A stretch of 64,000 nt of DNA from Gnetum montanum (taxonomy: Eukaryota; Plantae; Gnetophyta): NCBI GenBank assembly GCA_015680685.1, contig MNCI01003167.1:69867-133866 (forward strand). Direction: 5' to 3'. The notes under the pieces were generated by a model. That model saw nothing but the letters and a program-made list of their open reading frames with translations. It did not search any database and had not been told where the DNA came from. The position numbers and the translations under genes are program-made. Below, in pieces: positions 51,076 to 64,000 of this stretch (its first letter is position 1; each line of letters begins with the position of its first letter).

Positions 51076-54000
51076 GTAGATAATTATGCTAGTTTCCTAA
51101 ACTTACCTCCATTGATCTTTTAATATAAAAGATAAGCTTCTTATTTGTAGACTCAACTAATCCATTTACTTGAGAATAGTAATTTGATGAGGAAAATAGA
51201 AACATAGATTTCTCATAATCCCATCTTGTAAATTCTTCATACTAAAATTATTTATATGCTAATGCTACTAGCATAACAAAATGACTTAAAATATGATCTT
51301 CAAGAGACCTTATTCAATCTAAAGTTCAATTTTTCTTCAAAGCTTTTACTTCTACCTACTTGGTGAAATAATTTATAGCTATAAGTATAAACCTATGTCC
51401 AATTTTTGATGGAGCAATTGTCGCAATAAAATATAAACCCATTGCTAAAATGGTCTTTCCATAATTACTTGTTTTAGAGGGGCACTAGCTTTATTTATTT
51501 TTGGTCCATAGAATTGATATTTGAAACAACATTGAATTTTTGAGCTAATATCTTGACACATGCTAGAATAATAAAATTCACAACATAATATGTGTTGCAT
51601 AGTGGATTTTGGTGAATCATAAAGTAAGCTTGCATGATCATGAAACTAGTCCAACACAAGTTGAATCTAATCATTCATAACACGTTCTACTAGAATTCCT
51701 CTAAAATAATTGCTATATAAAATCCCATCTTTCACCATGAACTTATTTATCTCTTTTAAAAAAATTCTTCTTTGACTCATAGTCAAATTATCTAGTACTT
51801 TTCTTGAAGTAAAGAACTCAAAATTTTCATCATAATAATTTCCACTATAGGAATTTAATATATAAATTTCATCTTCTTTGTCCTAACTCCATTTATTTTA
51901 CTATTTTGCATAATTTTAACAAAAAATTAAACCATTGAAGCTTATTAATCCAATTTCCTCTTTTCAACCCATTTTCATTTTAAGCTAAAATTTGCTTAAT
52001 AGTAGGCTCTGTTATCATAACATGAACCAAAGCACTCTCTGATTAGTATTTGAAATGCAATAGTGCTTTGAGAATAGCATATGACTATTTTTCTAAACCT
52101 AAATAATTTAATTCAGAATCTTTAAGTTGGTAATGAAAGAATTCAATTGGCTCATCCTAGTCATCCCTTTTCTAAGTTAAAATAGTAGCAATTGAATCAC
52201 CTGAATCAAAAGCTTATAGTCATAAATCTTCTTTTAATTTAGATCTAGCTAAATATGGAGCTTCTTAGATAGTCTTTTTAATTTCTGCTAATGGTTTATC
52301 TTATTCAGGTATCTTTATGACCTGAACATCCTTCTTGAGCATGTATATTAAAGGTTTGGTGATCTTAGTAAATCCTAGTATAAATTTCTTGATAAAATTT
52401 ATTTTCCCAAAGAAAAATATAAGTGACTTCTTATTGGTCAAGTGTTTAATATTTTTCATAGCTTGAATTATGAAGTTATCTATAGAAATACTCTTTTGGA
52501 AAATTCTATGTTCTAATAAGCTTCTTAACTTTACTCCAAAAATGCTCTTCTTGGGATTCAAAGAAATTCCATAATCCTAACATCTATTAAAGATCTGCTA
52601 AAGGTGACCAATATGATCTTCCTTTTTCTTTGAATAAACAAAAATTTCATCTAAATAAATTTCAACAAACTTTCCTATTAATCCTTTAAAAGCTATATTC
52701 ATAACTCTCTAGAAAGTAACTCTAGCATTCAACAATCCAAATCGCATCCTCTTGTAAGCAAAAGTTCCTTATTTAATAATAAAAGTTGTCTTATACCTAT
52801 CATTTTTATCAATCACAATCTGATTTTATCTTGAAAATTCATCTAGAAAAGAATATACGTGACATCTTGATACTTTAATTATCATTTTATCAATTCTTGG
52901 GTGTAGATATTTATCCTTTTTTGAAGCTTCATTCAAATTTTTGAAATCCACACATACCCTGATATCACAATCCTTCTTTCTTACAAATACAAGATTGGGT
53001 AATTAGACTTAATACTAGATATGATATATAATTTTGGCTTATAATAGATTTTTTATTTTAGCTTCCATGGCTGGTTCAAGTGATGGATTGAACTTCCTTT
53101 GCTTTTGTCTAATAACTTTACAATCTTTTACTAATGTAATCTTGTGAGTCATCACATTGGGTTTGAATTTCTTAATGTCATCATAAGGCCATGAAAATTT
53201 ACCCAAACTATCCTTTAACAAAGATAAAAATTTCTATCTAAAAATATGGTCATTTCCTTTGGTCGTATTTAACATTCTAGGCTTTTCTCTAGATCCTAGG
53301 TTTATCATTTCATAAGCTTGATCATTTGGGTTTTGGGCTTTTGTCCCCTTAAGTAATCTTTTCTTAAAATCATGCTCATAATCAACTATTGTTTTGGAAT
53401 TAAATTTGGTGCAGCTATAATGCAACTTTTTGTTCAGATATAAATTTATTTTTAAATTCTTCTTTATTCTTCAAAAACCTGAGTAATTGATGATCATCTT
53501 CAAATACTTGAAAGTGTTTTATGTTATCTAGGATTTAAGGATAATTTTCAACTTCAATTATAACTCTTTTATATTTGGTAATCTTTGATGGATCTAGTAT
53601 TAAGATTGTTGTAGCTGGCTCATCTACTAACTAGTTATCTTCTTTACATAAATGTTTTATTTCATATTGTCTGAGATAGTCTAACAAATCATAGAAAAGT
53701 TGTTTACATGACCTTAAGAATGACTTTTTACTGCACATTCACCTTTGATCTATTTACAAATAAGCTTTGAATCTTCTTTAATTATAATTATTTTACCATC
53801 TTTTTCAAAAGCTTTTCTGATTCCAATATATAGGGCTTCTTATTCAACCTTATTTTTCATACATGGGAATGATAGATGAATAGCCTTGAAAGTTTTCTAA
53901 GAATCATTCTTTGCTAAGAAAATTCTAGCTCTAGCCCCTTTTGAATTGTAAGACCCATCAAAATATAGTTCTTATTTTTCCTCGCTTTAAATTTTTCTTT

Positions 54001-56136
54001 TCTCTAAAACTTGTACTTCTCTAAGTGAACATACTCCTATCTCAATATCCTTTGTCTTGATGACTTTGTTTTTTCTATCTAAATTAATGTTCTTGACCAT
54101 CAAGGACTTGCTATATATATATTTGATTAGTCTCTCCCTTTCATGAAAATCACATGTAAATAATCCATTGATATATATCCAAAGAATTGTTTTTCTCTGG
54201 CTTCAACTTATCAAGAGGCTATATAGATCTAGGATATTAGCTACTTGAATGTTTATTCTACTCCTAATGTTAGGTTTTGAAGAAATCTAGAATAATGCAT
54301 TTGGTACTTACCCTACAATTTTGACTATGCTCTATTCTACTTGAATAATCTGCTTATTAGACTATTTAGGTGATAATCCTAACTACTTTTAGATGAACAA
54401 TGACATAATGGTTGATGTGGCTCTTAAATTAACTATACAATTATGCATATATTTATCATTCAATTTTATTATAAGAAGAAACATAGAAGTTTTTTTATCT
54501 AGAGTGCAAGGATAGTTGGATTTTACTATTTTATCTTCATTACAAATATAGCTTAGTTCAAACTCTCCAACCTTCCTCTTTGCCTTTAGCAACTCTAAAA
54601 TTTTTCTCTACTAACTTCCTATTTATAATATCTAGTAGATGCTAACATTAGCTTTAATATGCTTTAAATCTCTATTAAGTTATGCTATCCATCATCAAAA
54701 AATATTGACTTCCTAAATCATCTATTGAATAACTAATTTGAAGGATTTTGTCAATATGTGCATCTTTCTTTCTCTCCTTTCTTTTTCATTTGGTTTAAAA
54801 GATTTTATTTTAGTAGCAAGATCAGAAGTGGCATTTGGAGGCCTAGATGTAGTTACTTTTTCTTTTGATCTTAATTTGTATTTGAATCCATCATTATTAT
54901 TGCACTTCTCATCTAAAGAAAAATATTCTTCCAAATTTGACAAAGAAGAACTGTCACTTAATTCATTTTTCAATGATTTTCTAGCATAATGAATACCATA
55001 TATCTCATTATCAAATTCAATATTAAGAAAATTTGAAATAGTTGTATTACTTTCATCTTTGAAATCCACTAATTTGGTATCCATTTCTTGATGTCTATGT
55101 TTCCTATGCTTCCATTCTTCTTTCACCTTAAATTTAGCTAGCACTTTTTCTAACTAAACTACTTTGTTGGACAATTTCTTTATTATCTATGCTTTTTTAA
55201 TATCTTCATTTTCTTAATCTTGATCTTCGTTATTCATAGAATCCAATGTTTTAAATTGAGCTATATTTTGCACAAAGATTAATGCCTTTTACTTAATCTT
55301 TGATGTTTGAATGTTGTCCTCATTAGCTAAGTTTAATTATTTTTCTAACTAGACAACCTTGTTAAAGAAATTATTTAGAGTTAGTAGATTTTGGATTCTT
55401 CTTAGCTAGATTGAACTGTTAGCATTAATCACATTTAGGTATGTAGCCCTAAGCATTTCTTCCAAGGGTCTATATTGTCTTTGAAACAATCCATAAATCC
55501 ATTAGAATTTAATGTTAAATTTTCTAACTGATTCTTTAGACCGTTGCTTAGCTTGAACTAACCGATAATATAGTTGTTGTTGGTCAATTTGATTAACAAA
55601 TTAAGATAAGAATCAATTTTTCATATCATCCTAGCTACTGATACTATTTCTTAATAAGTTAGAATACTAAATTTGAGTCATTTTTGTTAAATTTGCAAGA
55701 AATAGCCTACAAGCTTAGTCTTGATGTTGGACATTTGTATGTGCTAAAGCTAATTTTAAAAAATGAACATATGCTTCAACTAAATAAGATTTTCCAAGAA
55801 TATAAGGCTCAGATAAGTATTTGTAGACTACCTTAGGAATATCATTGTAATTTGGGAATCTCAGTGATGTATCTCCTTGCAAGCATTTACTAGTGCTGGA
55901 TTTGCCATGTCAAAATTCCTTCTTGTTGTTAAATGCCTATAATTTTCTCACCTTATCCTGAAGAGTGGTAACCCAAATAGAACAGATGACTTTCTAGACC
56001 TTATAGTTTTTATTCCACTACTTGTCCCTGGTTCAAAAATATTTTCTTCCTCTTTGTCTACTGAATGCACAATCTTATATTCAAAGTATTTTCTAGGACT
56101 TCCAAATTCTTCAAATTTACCAAGTTTTTCATTCAT
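51076..56136 (-). pseudogene. gag-PR-aRH-RT-RH-INT of the Tat-like element
   Basis: gag ACRLFLANL (~55700); PR HNCIVNLRATSTIM (~54420); aRH LYFDGSYNSKG (~53960); RT RVCVDF, IYLDE, NPKKSIFGV; INT IAINYFTK*VE. Confidence 0.88.
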
Positions 56137-56284
56137 GGAAAAGGTAGTAGTTTATTCTCTTCCACTTCTTCTAGTGTCAAAAAGAACTATTGATGCCTAC
56201 TTTGGACTATAACTATTTCCTTATCATTTTCCTATTAGCAAACCAAAAAAATGACAATAAATAAAAGGCTCTATTTAGCACCAA

Positions 56285-57237
56285 TATTTTCTCCTCTTCC
56301 TTGTGATGATAATCACAAGGATGAGGGTTCTTTTAAAACTCAAGTTTAGGTATTTTTCATCTCTAGAAATACCAAGGCCAAAATACCTCTAAATAAAATC
56401 AATGGTTATAGAAAAACTATGCTCTAGGTTAACATAATCTCTAAATTTCATAAGCTTGCGTAATGAGAGTTAAACAACTAATTAAACATTTACAAAAAAA
56501 TTTAGCCATCTTTACAATATTCTGTAAGTAAATAAAATTTCATGCTATATCAAAGTCACTTAGTCTATATAGTCTAGATTATATGCTACTTGTGGCAGAA
56601 ATAAAGTAGTAGAATTGCATAGAGCCTTAAACATCAAAAATGAACTCGTATTGACAAGAGTGAACACTTTTGGAAAATAAAGCAATTCAAGTTAGTTAAT
56701 AATATCAAAAATTACTAAACCCTTAACTATTCAAGTGATTTAAATAATTCCAAGTATGAGATGTTAGGCATAATACTATCTTAACCACTAGCTAAGCAAC
56801 TATGATAAAGCAAGAAAATTAGAAAAAGTCACAAGGTAGAAGTAAATTAGCTAAACCAATTATGAAATTACAATGTCATTATACAAGAAATTTCTTTTAA
56901 AATATTTTTCTAGCTTACTTCCAAAGATCCTTAACAAATCTACTCTATGATTTACATAGTAGCCTTTGGTAGTTACAACCATTACAGAAATTAAAAGATA
57001 CAATTGCCTCATGTTATGTTCATATAATTGTAGGGTGTTGTGTAACTATTCTTTTAATAAATTCTTCTTATTCTTTAAATTTAAAGCCCCTCAACTAGTG
57101 GTCATCATGATTTAAGAGATCTTTTATTAGCCTAATTCTTTATATTTGGCTCATAGTCATTAAGCTTCTTTAAGAATCCTTTAGTGCTCATTTCTCCCAA
57201 ACTAATTTAAGATGAATCATAGTTTGTCAGGCCCCAA
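56285..57237 (-). repeat. 5' LTR of the Tat-like element, cut by the Athila-like insertion
   Basis: Homologous to 15377-16410; PBS-like sequence at 56266-56283. Confidence 0.8.
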
Positions 57238-58104
57238 TAATGAGTACATGATATCGTAGCCTAGATATGATATCATATACATGATATCATGATTCCTGTG
57301 TTAGCCTATAAATATAGCATTCAAGCACATGAGATGGAGGTCATAAGTTAGTCGTTAGGAGTCGAGAGTCCTTTTGTTAATTTTTAGTCCTTTTCCCAAG
57401 TGCATGCCCACAGTGTGATGCTTGTAATTGTACGAAACCTTTGTTCAAGTGTGACATACTTGGACATTCACACAATCAACAATAAAGATAAAGATTACTC
57501 CATCATTACAACATTCACTTAGTTTTAATTGTTTAATTGTTAATTATTTATTGTTACTTTCTTAGTTAATATTTCTTTTATTATCATTTACTATTTCTGT
57601 TATTAACAAGGAATGAGTACGTCTTAATCACGAACATTTAAGTGTAACTATGTGGTAACCTAGTAGTGTATCTAGTAGTGCTTCGAGTAATGTGCTCTTG
57701 GTTTTCTCAAAAATACTACACAAGGTCCAAGATGCATACAAATGATTAAGGACGGATTCTCATTACACTTATGCCAACTTAGATTCTATTTCCTGTTGCT
57801 TATAAGATTAATAAAGTTATTTCTCATTTTATTTAGAAGTAGCCTAGTATTAGAAATAACATCAGACATCTCACTCTGGACTAAACCATACATGATAAAG
57901 AAAATACTAGTCTAGGTAGGAACACAGCAAATTGCGATCAACGTATAACTATCTAGGTGCCACAACTAGNAGGAACACAGCAAATTGCAATCAACGTATA
58001 ACTATCTAGGTGCCACAACTAGTTCATTTGTGAAGTTTGACTAGATTGAGTATAAACGCTCATATTCGTATGGTTGAGTGTAGGGGTACCTTGCTATTTA
58101 TCAT

Positions 58105-58122
58105 TGGTGCTATTACCAGGGA
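58105..58122 (+). other. Primer-binding site, tRNA-Asp type (decayed)
   Basis: tggtgctattaccaggga differs from the Athila PBS TGGCGCCGTTGCCGGGGA only by transitions. Confidence 0.75.
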
Positions 58123-58599
58123 TGGTGCTAGTTATCTAGGTTAGTTATATTATACAAGATCATTGTAATAAGGTATTAATGATATATTTTTTAGATAAAG
58201 AAATTAAATTCAATTGAGTTGCACACAATTCACAATAATGTCTCTCTCACAAACAATGATAACGCAACATCTCATGAGGCAATTCATTAGTGAGCCAATG
58301 CAATTTATGATGAAGAAGAAGTTTGGAGTATTTAATCATATGCAAGAGTTACATATGTTCATCGACACCCCAACAATACTCAAGGACTCTTGTCATTCAA
58401 TTCAAACACCTCTAGTGAGGATGGAATATTTCCTAGAATGCAAGGTCCCATAAGGCCTAGGACCTTCCTAATGGTTAGCAAGAGTATATTAGGGGATGAT
58501 TGGGAGAGTTACACAAGTCATGAAAAGTCTTCTAGTGCTCTCTCTTCCTCTGCTCTTTCAATGTCAGGTTGTAACATGGATGACTATTCCTCAACGGAT

Positions 58600-60588
58600 T
58601 AGCATAAAAACAAAAATCAAACCCATGGGCAAAATCAAGAATGCCAACATGAACATAGACAACATTGTCCCAACTCATGACTTATTTAGTGATGATGAAC
58701 CCCTATTGGCCACTAAGAGCCTAATGCATATAATGGAGGCTGTTCAAATATCTCACAAGCATTGTAAGGAAAGCTATTAAACAACTTTTCCAAGTTTTCA
58801 AGAGGCTATGATTTATATCTGCAACATCATTTACAAGCCTTCTATGATGCCTGTGCATGGAAAAATATCGATAATGGGTGGAAAAGACTTAAGCTCTTTC
58901 TTTTGACCCTTGTTGGCCAAGCAAAAGTATGGTACAGGTCTTTAAAGCCGAAATCAATTCATTATTGGCCCACAATGGTAGAACTCTTCAACAAAAGATA
59001 TCAAACCTATGCACAAGTGTCAACATTAAGGAGACAAACCCATGAGCGGAAACAAGGGCAACATGAACCCTTGGAAATGGCCTTAGAAATATATTATTCA
59101 TTGTTAAAAAAATGCCAAGGCCATGGGTTCTCCAAGGAAAGGCTAATGTGTCAAATCATGGTTGGGCTCCATAATGAAACAAGGGAGACCCTAGGGATGT
59201 ATGACCTAGGTCAACTATATGAACTATGAACCCACCAATTCTAAGAGGTTATCAAGAAGGTAGCAAAAGAAGAAGGAGAGATAGCCAAATGGAAGAATGT
59301 TTAAAGATCTCAATAGGACCAAATTCTTAAAGTAACAAAGGTCCATAATCATGAAGAGGAGAAATCAACTCACCAAGAAGAGGTGGAACTATCCCCATCT
59401 TTGCTAATACTAAAATCATTAGATGAAATTGAGGCAAAGATCAATAAAATGACTAAGTGGGTACATGATAAATGTGAAGAATATGCAAACATTATTAGAG
59501 GTAAAACCACATAGGATCACTCTCACAATTAAAATAAGTAGAGGATGCCAAACTGAGAAATAGGATAGAACACCATTTGACAATCAGAAAGAAGGGCTAA
59601 AAGAAATAAGGATAGGGGCTCAACTACAAATTAGAAGTATCAATGTGATGCTTACCTATACAATCACCCCAAAGGCCAATGCTCAATCTTATCACATCTA
59701 CATGAACATTGGTAAAGAATGCTACATCCAGATTTCATACAAAAGTACTATGCTCAGCCACAGTAGCAAAACCCCTAGTCATGGGGAAGACCATCGCCAA
59801 ACGAGCCTCAACCTTTGTATGCCCTAACACAAAGTGCTTATTATGTTCAACATCCTATTTCTCCAGCTGGATCAACATCCTCTACTTTACCTCATCATTA
59901 TCATTCTCCCAAGTACTATCTACCCATGTCCTCTCCCATGGGATCACACCTTTTGTTCCTTACACTTCTCCTTGCTCTCCATATTCTCATCCTTCACCTC
60001 CTTCTACATCGCCACTAGTTGTACCAAAAGGTTTTGCACTGCAACACCAACCAATGAATATTACTTGTGCTACTACTAGTAATAGTAGTGAGAGTCCTCC
60101 ACAACGTCAAAAGTGTCATTTCTTTAGGCATGGACATAGGAAGAAACAACATGGTTCTAAAACCACTACATCCTCCAACTCAACACAATCCCAGCACTAT
60201 GATGCACCTTCCTCTTCAAACTCAATGCCTCTTGTTACTTTATCTAGATCACCAAATAACACTCCAACAACCATGTGGCCTAATGAACATGACAACATGA
60301 AGAGGCATATCAATCCATGCATACTATCTTATGGTCACAAGTGCCATAGTGGGTCAGCTCTTTATCACATGACCACATCTTACAATCTACCCCACTATGC
60401 CTACTTTAATCAAGTGTGTGAACCCCAATTTGGGTACATTCCTATCACCACACCAAAAGACACATAGTGGTTTGGATATGATCGGACCCCAATATTTCCA
60501 ACATGCATGGACCCAAATTTTCCATTTATTAATTCTTGCCATGATCAAAGGTTCAGTCATGGGGGACATCCCCCATTCTAATAAGTAG
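58600..60588 (+). pseudogene. Athila-like gag with Pro/His/Gln-rich tail
   Basis: LKLFLLTLVGQAKVWYRSLKPKSIHYW..MVELFNKRY...KKCQGHGF. Confidence 0.85.
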
Positions 60589-62619
60589 AATTAGTAAATG
60601 TTCTTTTTTTCTTTGGTTTTACAATTTTTTGTTTTTTGATTTTTCATTTTCTAATCTTTCATCTTTCAATTGGTTGTTTTATCTTTCTTGGGGTAATCTC
60701 ATCTATGAATAAAACACTCATGTAACCAATCGATTGAGGTGTTGTTCTATGCTATCAAGTCACAAGGGACTAATTACTTGGACAATGAGCCCAAAATATC
60801 CACCCATCCATTCCATTAATAAGAGGTTCTACTCTGGGTACAATAGTATTCTTGTTATCATTAAAACTTAAAGTAACTTTGTACTCATTATGCCCAAAAC
60901 AAAGAATGACGGACTAAGAGGGAATGGCTAGGGTGTGACATTAAGAGGACTTGTGGATTTTCTTTGGTGACCTCTATATGTGTTATCATGAAACTTGGTT
61001 ATACTAAGATCCTTGTAGATCTAATGAAAAAAATGGGAGTACAAGTTGTGATAAAAGGTAGTTAATAAAGAAACTCAATGTTGTTCTAGAGGGTTCCACA
61101 GGAAAAACATACATCCATGCCTAAAGGTTGGCAGCTTCTTCGGATCACCTTTAGAAAAGACAAAGTGCCAAGGTGGCTCAAAGAAGAAAAAGAAAAGAAT
61201 GAAGAATGATAGAAAATAGAAAAAATAAAGAAATCAAGAAAAATGTGCCACAGAAAATTCAAATCACTCCTCTCTTTTGCAAAATGCCAAGTGATCGTAC
61301 ATCTTACTATTGTGATGCTCTTATGATTGTATATCATTAGGATGGAATAATGTGATGTTACTAATCAGAAGTATGGAGTTGGTTGTGATCTTAGAGTAAA
61401 AGGCTAATGGTACCTTAATCATGCACAATACTTTGGATTCATTGTGCCTAAGGTAGATTTCCTGATGTTTCAATCTCTGTAATCCCTTCTACGATTCATC
61501 TCATCTGATGGTCCAAATATTTCTAACTTGTGTCTTGTGTGGCATAGAATTCATACCTCATCGCAATGGTATTTAACATGTGTTTGTTTTGTTGCATAGG
61601 TATGGATTGCATTTAACCCTTCTAGTGCATATGAACATTTTAAGGTGTAGTTACACAAGGGCATGATAGGTTGAAACCTGCTTTAGGGAGGACCCACTTA
61701 CGTGACTTTTGTAATATGTACTTATTGCACACCACCACATCATCTTATACCCTCCAAGTACTACATTGCCGAATTTATTCTTTCCATTATCATTATTTCA
61801 ACCAAACATTCCTTTGCACCACTAGATGTCCTTTTTCTTCACCCTACTCAAGAACTTCATTGTATGATTCCACTTCATTACACTTTTCGTGCCTTAATGT
61901 CCACATGACATTACCTCGGACCTTTCAAATCTACGTCAAATCCTTCATTTTTGGCTATGAAAACTTGGAAATTTATCAATTCTACTAAGTACCCTATTTT
62001 GTAAGGGACGCGATATCAGGTACTTGATATTGGGTTTGATGTGATATCGAGTCCACACTATCACGTACGTGCTATTGCATCCACAAAACCTATATATATG
62101 GGTCCCCCACACGCATAGAAGTCATTTTCAACTATTCATATGAGGGGAGTTGTTGCAATTTTCTTCCATGATTTTTCACACTTTGTGGACCTACCATTTA
62201 ACCATCAATATCTCACTCATTAACACTATGATTTTCCTTTCAATCGAACCTACTTAAACCAAGAGTGTTCGACTCAATTGGGAAGGAGGGGTACAATAGA
62301 ATTCATGCACAACTTTTTAAAAATTTACTATGCCTAAAGGATATCATAAGGGTAATTCCTATTGGAAAATGTTAAAAACTCATCCCAAAAGAATTTTTTT
62401 CTTTCACCCAAATCATTTATATTATTGTTGAAGTCACTTGATCAAAGTGGGCCTCACATTAAAACATTTAGGGAAATTTCCTTGAAAATTTTCTAACTTT
62501 GAAATCACACTAAGTAATTAAATTTCAAAAAAAAATTTACTAAAGGCAATGAGTAAGGTATAAGATAGTTAAACTCTGTTAAATGACTTTACTAACAATT
62601 GATCCCAGTGTGATTACAG

Positions 62620-64000
62620 ATGGCCTCTAAACGAGAAAAATAGGAAGGACCCTCTCAAGGTGTAGCTAAATGCCCAAGGAGAGGTAGAGGCCAAAGACCT
62701 CTCATAGAACATGCATAATAGGAGGCACAATCGTTTAGCATCCATCAAAAAACCCCTATTACTACACAATCTAGGCAAGTAGAAGGTGGATAAGGTAGGG
62801 CACCTGAATAAGGACAACATCTTATGTTGTCCCCAAAATGCATTTAGGCCATTTGGGAAAGGCCCACATCAGCTACAGTGTTCATGGAACTTAATTTTAG
62901 ACCTTTTACCAACCCTAAGCTAGTCAAAGATCAACTCAAAGGATCTCTACTATGGCCTATCCTCTTGAAAAGCGAAGAATGGTATTTGGGGAAAAGTTAT
63001 CAATATTGGCATAATAAAGAGGAATGCACCACCGCTAACATTGGTGGAATTTTATTTGATTTCTCTGTGAAGGCCTTTGTGGAAGTTTTGAACCTTCTGA
63101 ATATAGGGTCCAAAGTTGCTCATCTGTCCACTTACTCTGATGTTGATGCACAAAAAGTATGACTAAAGACAGAATATGACAAAGAAGACAAAACATATGA
63201 AGAACTAACCCTTGAAGAGAGAATTTATTTCAAAATTGACACCTATCACATCTTCCCAACGAAGGGGCTAAACAAGATCTTTACCTTTGCGGCTAGAGGA
63301 AGCACAATCTTGATGGGCAAGATTGATGCCAACTTGCCCCATTTGTATCTAACAAAAATATTGAGGCAATTCGAAGAACGCAAGATAGAAAAGTTTGCAT
63401 TGCCCTTTCCATGGTTGATCAAAAAGCTATGTTGGCATGCTAGAATTCTAGGGTACACTAATGATGTCCTCAAAAAGGCTTAAAATGCTTCATATGTCAA
63501 ATTACTAAAGCAACCAGCACCAAGAAAAGATGTTGGTGAGACACTAGAGCTTGAACAGGAGCAGATGGTTGGGCCCACTACACCTCAAACAACAAAGCCC
63601 AACCAACTTCCAGATATGAGGATTAGTCAACAACAACAAGAAGGGCCCAGCATGTAGCCCATGGGCTAGCAGGACCAACTACCATTGTCATCACAAGATT
63701 ATCAACCATTGATGAGCCATCTCGGGGCCATCACAAAACCAACCAGTTGGGGAAGTTGCAATGAGGCCAATTTCTTCAAGCTGATCGATGATGTCGTATA
63801 GCCCACCATCTCAATCAATCATGCAAGGGGCGAGGTCTTGATACAAATAGGAGGAGGGGAATCACATTGGTCACATTAGATTTTTGGAAATGCTACATCA
63901 TTTCAAGTACAATTAGAAACTAGTGAAGGCACCACAATGGTGGTCATGTAGCACCAAGATGTAGCTGGAGTAGCAAAAGTGATCACGAACCACATCAAAG
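62620..64000 (+). pseudogene. Athila env-like / extra ORF
   Basis: ATG at 62620 in frame with ORF 62878-63162 (GGILFDFSVKAFVEVLNL); downstream IDANLPHL and LPFPWLIKKLC. Confidence 0.7.

Larger units (their letters stand above)
15377..57237 (-). mobile_element. Tat-like LTR retrotransposon (gag-PR-aRH-RT-RH-INT) fragmented by nested insertions
   Basis: 5' LTR 56285-57237 with PBS-like tggtgctaaatagagc; gag-pol 56136-51076 resumes at 30328-29930 (reads ..STLYNLVYG.. across the TSD); 3' region and tandem array follow; second LTR at 15377-16523. Confidence 0.75.
57238..64000 (+). mobile_element. Athila-like element (5' LTR, PBS, gag, no pol seen, env-like ORF), running off the window
   Basis: LTR 57238-58103 ends tcgtatggttgagtgtaggggtacc...atca, shared with the reverse complement of 18901-18940; PBS, gag and env-like motifs follow. 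Confidence 0.85.

Noticed and set aside
57918-58023. ~52-bp tandem duplication in the LTR
   Set aside because: The copies are separated by a single N (57970), so this is an unmerged contig overlap.
59709-60467. 252-aa ORF as a host gene
   Set aside because: Alternative-frame reading of the low-complexity gag tail inside an LTR element.

Overview
AT-rich, repeat-only plant nuclear DNA with scaffold gaps; I recognise no intact host gene. Tat architecture suggests a non-angiosperm such as a gymnosperm (inference). The window is a nest of decayed Ty3/gypsy LTR retrotransposons, and target-site duplications (TSDs) let most of the nesting be read. (i) 1-4768 is the 3' half of a Tat-like element (+). 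(ii) A minus-strand element of the same family spans ~15377-57237 with PR-aRH-RT-RH-INT order. It is split by a 20.7-kb Ogre/Retand-type element (30334-51070, TSD AGAG[G/C]), by Athila-like elements, and by a 4.2-kb endogenous caulimovirid (23463-27648). (iii) Three pol-less Athila-like elements lie at 6320-~15287 (-), 18901-23106 (-, TSD CTTTT) and 57238-end (+). (iv) A long-TIR foldback family occurs at 4769-5624 and 6946-7981. The most notable items are the pararetroviral segment (CP-AP-RT-RH plus ~200-aa extension plus promoter), bracketed by a ~1.9-kb direct duplication of host sequence that can date the integration, and an apparently multi-exon gene antisense to, and between, the protease and RT regions of the Ogre-like element.
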